The notes beneath the pieces are model-generated. The model was not told where the DNA came from. It made no database searches and saw only the letters and a list, made by a program, of their open reading frames with translations. Positions 52,501 through 64,000 of a DNA stretch of 64,000 nucleotides are shown here, piece after piece; the stretch's first letter is position 1; each line of letters begins with the position of its first letter. The stretch lies in contig JAQGDQ010000847.1 of NCBI GenBank assembly GCA_030141605.1, positions 1 through 64,000 on the forward strand, written 5' to 3'. The position numbers and the translations under genes were made by a program. Source of the DNA: Tubiluchus corallicola. Its lineage: Eukaryota > Animalia > Priapulida.

Positions 52501-53310
52501 TAAAACTGGTTGATTTTCAAGTACAGCACGTTCAAGTTCAATTTCAAAATGTTTTAGAAAAGTTTTATATTTTTGATTTGGTGGCTTATAAATGACACCT
52601 ACAATGTAGTTTTCGATATTATACCAAATTGATTCTATTTTGTTAGTTTTAATTCCTTTGGCTTCGTTAAATGACATGTGTTTTGGGATGTACATTGCAA
52701 CCCCTCCTCCACGTTTATGTGTGGGACGGTCTCGACGTATGAGTGTATGATGAGGCAGTTGTATGGAGGCACTAGGTATTTGCTTGTGTAGCCAAGTTTC
52801 GGTTATTCCAACGACTAAATTTTCAGATGAACGAACTGTGTCTTTAAGCAATGCATGTTTTTTTGTCAGACTTTGTATATTGATACATAGAAATTTCAAA
52901 TTCTTTTTATGTTTTTGCATAAAATCTGCCAGCTCTAGATCAATGTGGTTTTGCGTGGGGGTTTGATTTAAGGGACCTGGATTAGTTTCAGTACAACCAA
53001 TTATAAGCAACATTTTTAATACTGTTAGAAAATAATCATGGTTACAATTATTTTTAATTAGGTAGGGGAGTACACGTAATAAAGTAGGGGAGTACTGAAC
53101 TTGTAGTATAAATCTCTAGTATCTGAAAGTGTGCACTTTCTCACAGATGAATACAGTGAAATAGAAGCAGAATAGCAAAAATTTACGCACGAGTTATTTT
53201 CGATCCGATTTTGAGATATTATTACGCAGCAAGACGTGCATACACGTTTCAGTGTACCAGAGGTTGGCACTGGACACATCTGTCTTGAGTTTGTATCTTG
53301 AATTTGTCTT
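49561..53310 (-). mobile_element. Near full-length L2/Crack-like LINE with APE-RT ORF (few frameshifts) and no visible ORF1
   Basis: ORF 53013-51316: NIQSL, ITETWL, RGGGVAMY, MGDFN, IDHF, SDH (APE) and NYRPIS. Continues DLSKAFDSLDH, GIPQGMILGPLLF, YADD, KFLGITVDNKLTW. 3' AATAAA plus (TA)n tail. Candidate TSD GAGTTA at 49555-49560 and 53311-53316. Confidence 0.92.
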
Positions 53311-53601
53311 GAGTTAGGGATTAAAAAAATTTCAGGGAAAATGTTGAGAGAAAAAGTATGTACATGAAGAGTATATGTACAGACGTACGCACGTATATGT
53401 ATGTACGTACAGCAGAAATTTTGATTGCTCCTGACGACCCAAATTGAATGGGATCATACATTCAATTTCAATTTCAGTTAACACAAAGCTGTAATTGGTA
53501 CTTAATACAATATAATACACATATGAGCCTAACACCTAGGTACAGTTATACTATATATACAACAAAAATGCAATTTTAAGATTGGGGTACCGTAAGGAAA
53601 C

Positions 53602-53865
53602 CAGGGCGTATTTACCAATAGGCTAACTAGGTTGTAACCTAGAGTGGCAAATTTCGACGGGCGCCAGATTTTAGGTGCACAGTGTTTAACTCCTTCAAGA
53701 CTGCATCATTCAAAATAGGCCTTATAAGACCTATGAGATTTTTGCTACTATACACGCACAGACATAACTAAATTAGGCAGTGTTCTACTGAGGAAAACAT
53801 TCAACCTATTTACTTAAACATTGATTAGTGATTTAATTGGATAAAATTAAGAAAAATACGCCCTT
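53602..53865. mobile_element. Possible short MITE
   Basis: Inverted ends CAGGGCGTATTT and AAATACGCCCT. No clear TSD. Confidence 0.35.
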
Positions 53866-54934
53866 TTCAGGCACTCCAACTTATCCTATTGAGTAGCTTA
53901 GTCTGGTATGCACTTGCGTGACTGCACACACTAATTTATTGACCGTCTGTTGATCGTACAGCGCAAGAGAACCGTTGGTTGTACAGAGTTCCAGGAAAAA
54001 CCAACCGATGAGTCAAGAAGGTTTCATCTTTTAACAGAAATTTCCCCTTGAAAATAGAGTAAACTTGAAGCCAAAGTATATCACAGTGTTGTGTACGGAC
54101 AGTTGAAATGTTCTACATTAGCAGATTTCACACAAGTGATACTGTACATTGTTACAGTGCAAACACTGGGGTTCTTCAATTTATTCGTCAAAATCGATTT
54201 TTAATTTATCTAAAGTAAGCAAATGCAGTTCATATATATTTTTGCATGAAAATCCATTGTTTGGGGAGTAGAAACCTACAAAAATTATCAAATGCAATGT
54301 AATCGTTGCTTGGTGAGAACATTTTATCTTGAACCCATGCAAAATGCAACAAACGCTTTTGGTCCTGAAGGAGTTAAAGAAATTGCGTATGCTTTCATGT
54401 TCATGTAAAGCGCTTATTTTGTAATACACCACAGACAGTTACTAAGCCACATTTTATATATAAGCCCATATAACAATAGGCCCTACAAAATTATAATATT
54501 ACAAATTGCAAGGTAAATATATGTAAATATAACAAGTTAGTCCATGTTCTAAGGCCTGTACAAATAAGTAGATTACGTTTGTTATTATGAAAGGCATTAC
54601 ACCAGTAATTACGCAGCAGCCTGCTTAGATATAAACTTCGTGTAATTAGCTGATTAACAATAACTACGTAGGTATTAGTGACAGTAATACACCACAAATA
54701 ATTGTACATTAAGTTCATATATATAAAAATAGTTAATCTAAAATAGAGGGACTGAACTATCGGCTTAGGGTGCTGTAATGTCTTGACACGCCCCACTGGC
54801 GGGAAACTTTTGGCTGAGGATGGGGTGCTAAAAATACTTTTGGCTAAGCCGACAAACTAGCTAGAGCCAGCCCTGGTTTGGGGGCTGAGAACATCCTACG
54901 TACTGAACGGATCTAGGAGAACTCCTGACACTGA

Positions 54935-55460
54935 TTTTTTACTTTCAAGTCATGTTAGCTCGCAAACACAGAAAATTGAAGTCACGAAACTTACAGGTAG
55001 ATACCTGTGGCAGGGGCCTTGAAAGTTGCATGGTAAATGGCGATCTCGATCAAAGACACTTATCGGTCAGGTGTCGAAATTAATCTGGGCTTTTGAAAAG
55101 TAGAGATTCTTTAAGGGCCCGAGATATAACCCAAAATGGGTAACAGTGAGTAACACTAAAACTATAGTAACTCGAGACACGAAATTTGCAGGGAATACAG
55201 CTGTGGTGGGACCTAGACAGTGGTGTGTTTAAACAAAGGGCTTGTGTTGTTAAAGGGCGAAAGGGATAGGCGCCAAATGTGAAAATTAGGGCATCGGGCT
55301 TTAATTCCTGCTAACTACCAAATGTAGACGGCTAGAGTCAACGAAACTTGCAGCCTAGAGTACGCATTCAGTTTTTGAGATATTGACACTCGACCAGATT
55401 TAGTCAGGTGTAAACAACTTACGTTCGCAGATTTGGATCTGAATCTATTCAGTCTTGCTT
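54935..55460 (+). mobile_element. Dispersed repeat, probably Helentron-derived (HINE-like), copy B
   Basis: Block-wise similarity to 34047-35039. Confidence 0.6.
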
Positions 55461-55764
55461 GCTTTCAGTAAATCTCTTAATTGCTACTTTATAAACAGAC
55501 TGAAAATGGCAGCAAATTGACCCTCTGTGATTGGATCCGACAACAGTTAATACTGTACGTATTTTTATGCATCCCAGTTCGCAATATTTAATTATTAGAC
55601 TGAGACGCAACAAATTTGGGTGAACTACCGTACGACCTCATTTACCTGGGGTGAGTTGTACTTGACTCAACTGTACTGACCGCGGAATGAACTACAACTG
55701 CTTTTGCCCAAAATTGGATTAAATCCAATGAATTTAGCAGAGAATGAAATTTTTGCCTCGTTTA

Positions 55765-58700
55765 TCACCCTACAAATATGTCACTATCAAGGCCAGAGTT
55801 GGCTTGGTTTAATTGTTCTTTTAACCAGTTCATAGTTGTGCGTTTGTATTCCACTCCAAGGGCAGCATTCACTCTTTCACTATAACACTGCCTCACATGA
55901 CCACCTAAATTTTCTCCATATAAGAAATTTTCGTCATGTCCTCCTTCCTCCGCGCTGCCAAAGAATCCATTTTTTCCAGACAGAGTGCAAACTATTTGCG
56001 GAGTGCTTGTGCTTTGCCAGTATAAGCACCTAAATACACATAAATATTACAGAAGACATTAGTAATTTTCCTATATCGCTCTATATCAGCTTTACTTTAC
56101 GTACGTGCAACTTCAGCTTTATACAGCGATAACAGCGCAACGTCGGCTACGAGTTCCGACTTGGCTAAATATAATAGCGACCAGATTGCAAAAACTGAGA
56201 GCCTATAAAAGTCAAGCTATATGACGACAGCTACATAAAATTTTTGTACCCCGTACCACATATAAACATTCTTAAACTCTCAAATCATGGACATGAATCA
56301 AACATTAAGTGTAGTTGTTACCTGCAGTAATCATCCCTGCCATCACCATTCACATCTCTCATGAACCAAGTATCGTGGAAACCAAGTCTCATGTCCGATC
56401 TTGCAACGTAGTTATATTCGCTCTGACCTGCTGTTCCTGCCAAAGCGCAGGCAAGTTGCTTTTCCTCCTTTACCTGAATAACTCTAAACAACTTCTAATA
56501 AATTATTGACTTTAGTTACTACTATTGCAATTCTTGAATGTTGTCATATACTAACTTACTTCACGATGTTTTCCATTAATGGTTAGGTCTATGGTTATTT
56601 TTGTAAGACGCATTATTATCGGAGTTGCAGTACTGTCTTTTACAGGCAACCAGCTCTTTGAAGAGAACAAAATTTAACCAAGCTGGAAACATTTTTAGAA
56701 AAAATAAAATTTAATGTTTCTTGAAAGTTTCGCAGTAAAAATTCGCACCGTCAAACTTATATTCAGGGGAATAATCTTTCGGGTTACAGCAAAGATCAGA
56801 ATTGTGATTCAGTTATGATACAGTAATTATTAGTGCTGAAAGATTTGTTCCTACTGCCATACCATACCTGCAGTAATCATTGGCAGCTCCTTGTGCTTGA
56901 ACATCAACCCAACCCTTAAAATAATGTGCTAATCCTACATCAACGATATCGTATCTACGCTGTTTCAGGTCTCGCCTGCAGGAGTCTATTGGTTTACCTG
57001 CTAAATTTATTACAAATTCATTGTTGAAAGAGCTGGGAAGTTTTGTCGTTGAAAGAAAGTTACTTTGTAATCCATCGTAAGGTTGCGTGTTCGGCATTCG
57101 GCGAGTAAAAACTGTGTTCTCTGTTTGCCTGAGTATGACATGAGCATTCACCGTGCTTTCCATCTCGTTTACGGCTGATTCTGTGCTAATATTGTCAGGA
57201 CCCTGCCTTGTTATTTCCTGAGTGAATCGAGCAAAATTGTCACTTGTATTCATAACGTTGCCTTTTGGTGTACCTATGCTATATGAATCTGTCACTTTGG
57301 AATCAATTGTTGAATTTATTTTCGCATGCTCATAAGAAAGTGGCGTTGTTACCACTGGTTTTTCTCCGTCGTTTGCTGAAACCGTAACAGTATAGCTGAC
57401 TTCACTCGAGAAATTGGTTGCGATAAATGTGTTGTTTTTAACTTTTACAGTTTCTGAACTTTGTGGCCTTGCTTCAGTTAAATTGGTTTCATCGGTAACA
57501 AAATGAAACCACGTCAGCTGTTTGCTTTCCAAGTAATGATCATTTATAGAAGTTGGTTGAATATTGAAAACCTCATTAGTTGTAGATTTAACTATGCTCC
57601 TCTTTGAACTTTCGGGTTCCCTAAGTGTGGATGAGTCTACTTCAAGGGGATTAATTTGTAACGGATCCAGTGAAAAGGAGTGAGAATCAATGTGGGAATT
57701 CGACTGCCCTAAATTTTCTCCTATTGACCTGTCACTTATTGCATCTGCTAAGGTTGTTGCCAAATCAAAACCCTCTTCAGTTTTATGTTTATTTGGTTTT
57801 ATTTTACTAAGAGTAAGTACAGATGGTGGTGTTAGCTGGTTTTCTGTTGCCGACGTCGTCTTAAAATCTGACACCGCTGTTACTGTTATCTCATCTGTGT
57901 CAGGCTCTTTTGACGTCAGTGAAGAACGTTGATCATTTTCAGACTGCTTTTGCATTGTTGAACTTTCAACATTGTCTCTCTCGGTTACAAATTTTGTCCT
58001 TGAACTTTTTTCCAACTGGCTATGCACGTAATCGATCTGTTTCATTTTATCGGCATCCCTAATAGTAGCAGTGTAATCAGTATAGTCGCTGTAATCGAAT
58101 ACATAACTTGAAGACGCAAATTCGGTTTTCACAGCTACTAGTTTTTCTTTTAGTTGTGGTGTCGTGAATATCTCAAAATCCTCGGGTCCTGCTGACAAAC
58201 ATAAAAATTCTTTATTGAACTGATATACATTAATATATTTGTCCTATGATAAAAGGTAATTGCATCTTAAGATGCAAGATATGGGTACCTCAGGATACAA
58301 GAACATGTTAAACGCGTTTTAGAAATAAAAGACTGTATACATTATTGCAGTATTTACCGTGGTAACATTCTTCACCAGACTTTTCACTAGTGTCTGGTAG
58401 TATGCTGCAATTCAGTGTTTCTGGCCATGTTATGCCATATTGGTCCATCAAGGGCAGACAGCCGTCACGTACGGTCTGGCACATGGATTCGCATGGCTTA
58501 ATCATTTCACCAGTTTCGCTGCATGGCGGTGCGTGCATACCACAAATAAATGCACGAAATTCTAGGGAAAAACGTTGATAATAAGAACAATGATTAATGA
58601 GTGCCAAGCCGTCATGTGAAATGTCAAGTGCTGTTGACACCAAGTTAGGGTTTAGTTAACCTTCTGATGCATCTGGGCTTCAGTCTTGAATTTAGTCCTT

Positions 58701-59024
58701 TGATTAGCAAAATACACATCAACAATAAAAAAGAAATGTATAAAACAATAGTTTACGACAAACAGTTTAGGCCCCAGTATCATGTAGTTGCACTGAAGTG
58801 ACTGAATGATAGCATTCTGCACATTACAGTGAACGACCTATAACCTACCTTTATGGCATGCTACTTCGATTAAAGCAAAGTAGCTGTAAGCAGCAATCGA
58901 TGCTTCTCTTTGTGTAGTGAGATTCAGTAAGACGTTAGGAAAGTAAGTCATCGGATATAAATCTCTGCAGAAGTCAATTTCCACTGCTTGGCAGAAATCA
59001 TCTTGTGTTCTAGGCTTTGCTTCA
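55765..59024 (-). CDS. Frizzled-CRD domain protein with long S/T-rich linker and C-terminal repeated DVxGxG..DYCR module; N-terminal exon(s) unresolved
   Basis: Exons 59024-58849, 58561-58358, 58191-56868, 56483-56322 and 56029-55765 (stop); all GT-AG and in phase. Ten-Cys CRD (CQAVEIDFC..TYFPN..CHKEFRAFICGMHAPPC..PCESMCQTVRDGC..WPETLNC..C), about 400 aa S/T/E-rich region, then GWVDVQAQGAANDYCR, WFMRDVNGDGRDDYCRC and a terminal DSDIFVG*. No TM helix. Confidence 0.85.
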
Positions 59025-59056
59025 CTGAAACTGTACATTATTACAAATTTTATCTA

Positions 59057-59590
59057 TTTTTAATAGTCAAACACACTGGAAACACGAACGAAACAAAAAC
59101 GACAACAGTAATCGGTTAATCAGTCGCGTCTGTCTATGTGTTTGTTTGCCAGTTTCCACGCCTATGTGATGTCCGAGACAAAAAAGGAACAAACTGATTT
59201 TCACTATAATGTTCACTAAACTCGACACCAAGATAGGTCTGGGGAAAGCTGGAGTGGAAATCATATTGCCAAAGTCACAAGGTAAAAAATCAAAAGTCAA
59301 AACCTACAAAATCACCACGTTTGGCACAGGGACAAGTGTGGGCAAGACCTGGAAACCCATTACGTTGGATTCAAAGGTCAAGGTTAAACGGTGAAAAATG
59401 TCAAAATTAATTTTTTCCTATAGTGACTTCATATCAAGTAACTGGACATCATTACCATAACGGCAAAACATGATTACAAAGAAAAAGTCATAAACTTGTG
59501 GTATGCCGAACAATAAGCTATGATAATCTCTAAAACTGAGTGCAAACTCATCACCCACTAATACTTCCTCGGCGCCTTCTACTTTAGCTT
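59057..59590 (+). mobile_element. Helentron-derived (HINE-like) repeat in an intron
   Basis: TTTTTA start, GTCTGTCTATGTGTTTGTTTG microsatellite seed and AAAGGTCAAGGT motif typical of HINE-like repeats. Confidence 0.5.
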
Positions 59591-61217
59591 TGTTATCGCC
59601 CAAAGGCTCAGTACCAGTGCAGCAGTATCAGTTGCGCATTTGTTCACGTAGTGTCATATCAATCGCGACTGTTCCAACATGCAATTGTGCTCATAAAAAT
59701 GTTAATACTTACAACATTTTAGTTCCTTTTACTTAATTTTATGAATTTTCATGAAAATGGAGTTACTTCTAATGCATAGTGACATGACACCAGAACCATT
59801 AGTAAATTTGAAAAACAAAAAACAACCATTCTGAGATTATTATAATTAAAATAATAATAAGTTTAACTACGCGTATATTAGCAAAATTATTACCAACCCT
59901 AAAATGGTTAGTATTAAAACGGTAAGTATCATCTTTGTTAGAAACTAAAATCGTTAGTCTAGTACATAGACGTTAAATGCTCTTTTACAATCCGCGTCAC
60001 GTAGATAAACTTTCTAACCCCACGTTTACACTAATAATTTATAAAGCGAGATAATCGCTTGTAACAGGAAATTACGATTGGAAATGAAACATCCTGTTAT
60101 ACTGTTATACTGGCTTTTAAAATTATTTCACATTACCTTGAGAAGAAAAAAATTGTCTGACTAGGTTATTTAGAGGCGCTTATGATAAATTAATATAGTG
60201 AAGGTTTGTGCAGCCCAATGGAGCATAACTGCCTTATTTCACAGTTAATCATTCTTAATAGTTAGAGATTTACTAATTAATATCTATGTTTAAGCAGTGG
60301 TTTAATACACACGCATAAAGGAATGTACATAAAATGGCAGAAGTAAAAACGGCACAGTAAAAATAATGATGCAAAAAGGTACAGGACAAAAACGGCATAA
60401 ACGGAAAAACTGGCTTACATAATAAAACATAAATTTATGTGCTTTAAATTATCACTACACATTTGATAGCATTGCATAGTCGTCAAAGCAATAGTGTAAC
60501 TAGGCGACACACGAATGATGCGAAGCTGGCAATATTTTCTGACGAGAAAAGCTGGCAGTATCTTCGATCTATCATCCATCAGCTAAGCGGCTAGGCCTGA
60601 ACAGAAGAAGTTGGCATGAAGGCATGAAGCGAGAATGTTTCTCGTGCTTTGTCCTAGAAGAGGAAAGTTTGTAGGTTGGATCCTGCACATATCAACTGTG
60701 ACAATCTGTACGACTTAAAATGCCAGAAAGACGGTTGCTTCAAAATGGCTAGATTACCACTTAAAGTGAGAATAACACGTCACCAATACTTGTTGTTTCA
60801 GTACGTTTTATTTGATATAAAGCTGTGGGCCCTGGCGACCTTCCTTGATGTGGGAATTAACATTGTCAGTATACAATTATGGACAAACGAACGGTTAGCC
60901 AAATGATCATGGCTATTTAGTGCAATAAAACACACCTCCAATATAACTAATAAAACATCGTAGATTTATCGTTTTGATTTCACCCGGGGTTTTATTTGAA
61001 ACAAAAACATCCCATAAACGGGGTACTTATAAGGAAAGTCTCTGCAAAGCTTGCTAGCTAGCTTGCCCTCGCACAGTTGCGGCTTTCGACGTTGGCCTAT
61101 ACAGGAACAGTCCGGCGATGGGCTCTCCAAATGATAGCTTTAATGTCTGACACATCAACGATATCGGGCGTGGCGTTAGTTCCATCAACTGTGAATCGCA
61201 CGGTAAGAAGTCCAAAA

Positions 61218-61253
<36 letters not shown>

Positions 61254-63379
61254 GGAAGACTTGCAATGGGTTGGTTTCCTGCTATCAGCACTGCATCTAA
61301 ACGACCTGGTCTCATCCATCACAAACGACAAAGTCTCTACCAGCTTCCTAAACGACGGATAGCACAGGATCAACAAAACTAAGTATAACCGTTCGAGAAA
61401 TACTCTAGCTCTGCTGAGGCGGTCCCATTGACAAACGTGACGTTATCCTCTCAACGAAGAAAATTTAATGGTAAAACTAAGGTTGAGCAACCATATTGCA
61501 AAGCCACATCTCACACTCTACCCTCGTGGCCTAGCTTCCCCATGTAAATTGTTCCCTCTAAATTGAGGGGCTGCATAAGCATGTTAAAGGTTATTCATAA
61601 CAAAAATCAGACCAATCAAACGGCTTATGAAGGGTAGCGGCTGTCGTTGATTAGTGGTCACACTCAATTGCCGTCACACCTGTGGTTAATGTACCTGATT
61701 TCTTCCTCAACAAACTGAATTGACATTAGATGGCACTATTATGTTAAATTTAATAATTATGATTACAAATTATGATTATGATTATTATAAGCAAATAAAT
61801 ATTTCACTTAGTAATACCAAAAATAAAACTACTACTAGTAAACCTAATTGTAAAAATGTACTTATTACGATGAATGAGAGCAGTATTGCAAGGGTTATCA
61901 CATCGTTCATTCACCGTCTAACTGCAAGAGATGCTGGCTTTGTTGCCATAAGTTTTCTTTCTATAGCAATGCTATATCCTCACCTTATATATATATATAT
62001 GAGCACTGCTCTCTACAATAAACGTCTCTGTAAAATCAGTAGCATAGATTTTTTGAGGTCTGTCTTTTGTGAAGGCAGCCTGTCTTTTCAAGGATGTTGT
62101 TGCGACCCATGAACTGATCCTAATGATTACTGACGCCTACAAAAATAATACTAGCTCACTAGCTGATAGGGTCCCAACCAGTGCATACAACAGCTTTACC
62201 AAAAAATTATTGGCGATGGAAGAGGCGAAGAGAGAAAAAGGAGGAAGACAGTGGAGGGAGAAGAAGAGAGTATTGAGAGAGCAAAAACACATATGTAACG
62301 TAATGCAATAAATGAAAACTTATCTTACTAAGACACGAGATAATACTACCAGTATCACAGTCACACATTCTAAAGAAAATTTTGCATACCGTATATCCTC
62401 ACAATTGTGTGTGTAACATAACCGTTTGCTGCGAGTAAAAAAAACTAATTACAGCATAGAACAGTTTACAGCAAAAAACTGCCGAATCAATAGAGTATTT
62501 GTCATATGGATATGCCCTCAATAGTGTGGAAGCCGCGATTGTGCATCTCGGCTTAGTGACATAGCCTGCAATATATTGATATCAGATATCAAAGATATCA
62601 AGATATCAGAGTCAAACTCAAACTCCTCTAAGTTAACACATCTTGCATGTGTCTCGGGAGTTTTTCTTTCGATTACCGATCAGTAGCTCATGCTAGCATT
62701 AGATCTCTCTTTAGGAAGACTCCAAATTAAATGTAATCCGGGATTGAGGATTTTGTTTGTTCCAGTTATACATATCAACATTGTGGGCTGTGTGAGACTT
62801 TCAACGCTACACATTAAGGACTTGATAGATCCTCTACAGATTCAGTTGTGCTTTGATGTAATGTTCTGTTCTGTTACTCATTCTTTTGTACCGCCCAAGC
62901 AAAAGGTCACATTACACACACAACAACAAGTCATAGTACAGAACAATTTACTGTACCAAAAAGTATTGCTTAGTCAATTGAGGAGCTATCATGCTCTTGG
63001 TATTTTACAGTATTGAGAGGGGTGATTGGTTGATTGGAGCAGATCGAACTGCGTGGCTTGGAAATTTACCATATCTCAGTAAAACCAAACACTGGACTTA
63101 TCCTGAAAGGCTGAGACAGCACGAAGGCTGTACGAGATCGACTTGCTTCACTAGACTTTGATGGCATGATAAACTTTCAGTTGAGAGTTTGAGCAATACC
63201 CTGATGCAATAAATTATTCTGTAAGGTTACTCCTAGTTGATTTTGCACCTCTTTAGCAAAAGCTAGGTCATGTGACACAAAATGATACTGATCAAGGCAT
63301 ATTAATACATAATAGCTATGTCTTTTCTGTTCTGAACCAGTAAGAATACAAAGAGAAGCTTCACCCTATCAGACACCAA

Positions 63380-64000
63380 TGAACGTCTCAGATGAATTTG
63401 ACCAAACAGCTCCAAAGAACTGATGTAAAATGCATATACGCTTCACACAAGAAATACGAACGAAAAACTAGTCTTAACGCATTCCAATCCAATGTAATCT
63501 TCTTATTCGATTTCCGTACATCAAAATTAAGGGCTCTTTTTTACAAAGGCTTTTGATATGTTGCTCATGAAAGACTTCTGGCAAAAGTTGCACATTACAG
63601 AAATAAATCATCTTTACTATCTTGGATAACATCATTTTTAATTGGAAAGATACAGAGTTTGATTCTAGACGAAGCCTGTTCCAAACCTGTTGCTGTAATT
63701 TCTTGGAGTTCCACAAAGGATAGTATATATAGGAACCACTGTTACTTTTAAACACATGTTCACAAAATAGTAACCAAAGGAATGAAAACGTTAGGAATTC
63801 TTTGAAGAAACCTGAAGTATTGTCCAAAGCTGTTAAACACTCTGCTTACAAACCAATATTAAAGCCAAATTTAGAATACGCTTTTTGCGTATGTGAAACA
63901 TACAAAAGCAACTTGAGCAAGTGTAACGTAGATCAGCAAGATTTGTGTGCAATATATATCACAGAAATGCTATAGTGTGACATCTATGTGACTCTGGAGT
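63380..64000 (+). mobile_element. Highly degenerate CR1-like LINE RT 3' region
   Basis: Remnants GVPQ (about 63705) and LGIL.RNLKYCPKAVKHSAYKPILKPNLEYA...RSARFVC typical of CR1-clade RT C-termini. Stops and frameshifts; boundaries approximate. Confidence 0.6.

Noticed and set aside
59713-59720. ATG TT|gtaagt as first coding exon of the Frizzled-CRD gene
   Set aside because: Phase-compatible but only two codons long and gives no signal peptide for a disulfide-rich protein; not supportable without transcripts.
62069-62311. 80-aa ORF with a basic/acidic C-terminus
   Set aside because: No motif, driven by a purine-rich tract, and no convincing splice partners.

Overview
AT-rich genomic DNA from an invertebrate animal (GT-AG spliceosomal introns, many microsatellites and transposons; the species cannot be determined from the sequence). 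By splicing exons by hand I reconstruct five host genes: (1) a small chitin-binding (CBM14/peritrophin-A) protein with a GPI-like tail (-, partial); (2) a single-coding-exon GT32/DXD alpha-1,4-glycosyltransferase-like gene (-); (3) a six-exon Arx/aristaless-family paired-class homeobox gene with eh1/octapeptide, Q50 homeodomain carrying Pph13/Hazy-like residues, polyQ and OAR (+); (4) a three-exon cAMP-dependent protein kinase inhibitor (PKI) gene that the ORF track misses entirely (-); (5) a protein with a Frizzled CRD, a long S/T-rich linker and a repeated DVxGxG..DYCR module (-, N-terminus unresolved). Mobile DNA includes two adjacent copies of a non-autonomous Helitron carrying a CAC-rich array, five LINE remnants (one nearly intact, with a 2A-like NPGP leader), a mariner end, hAT- and Harbinger-like MITEs and Helentron-derived (HINE-like) repeats. 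No rRNA, intact tRNA or CRISPR array was seen. I cannot demonstrate a wholly new system. The best candidates for novelty are the Frizzled-CRD/DYCR protein and the Arx/Pph13-like locus with its P3 and K50 sites.
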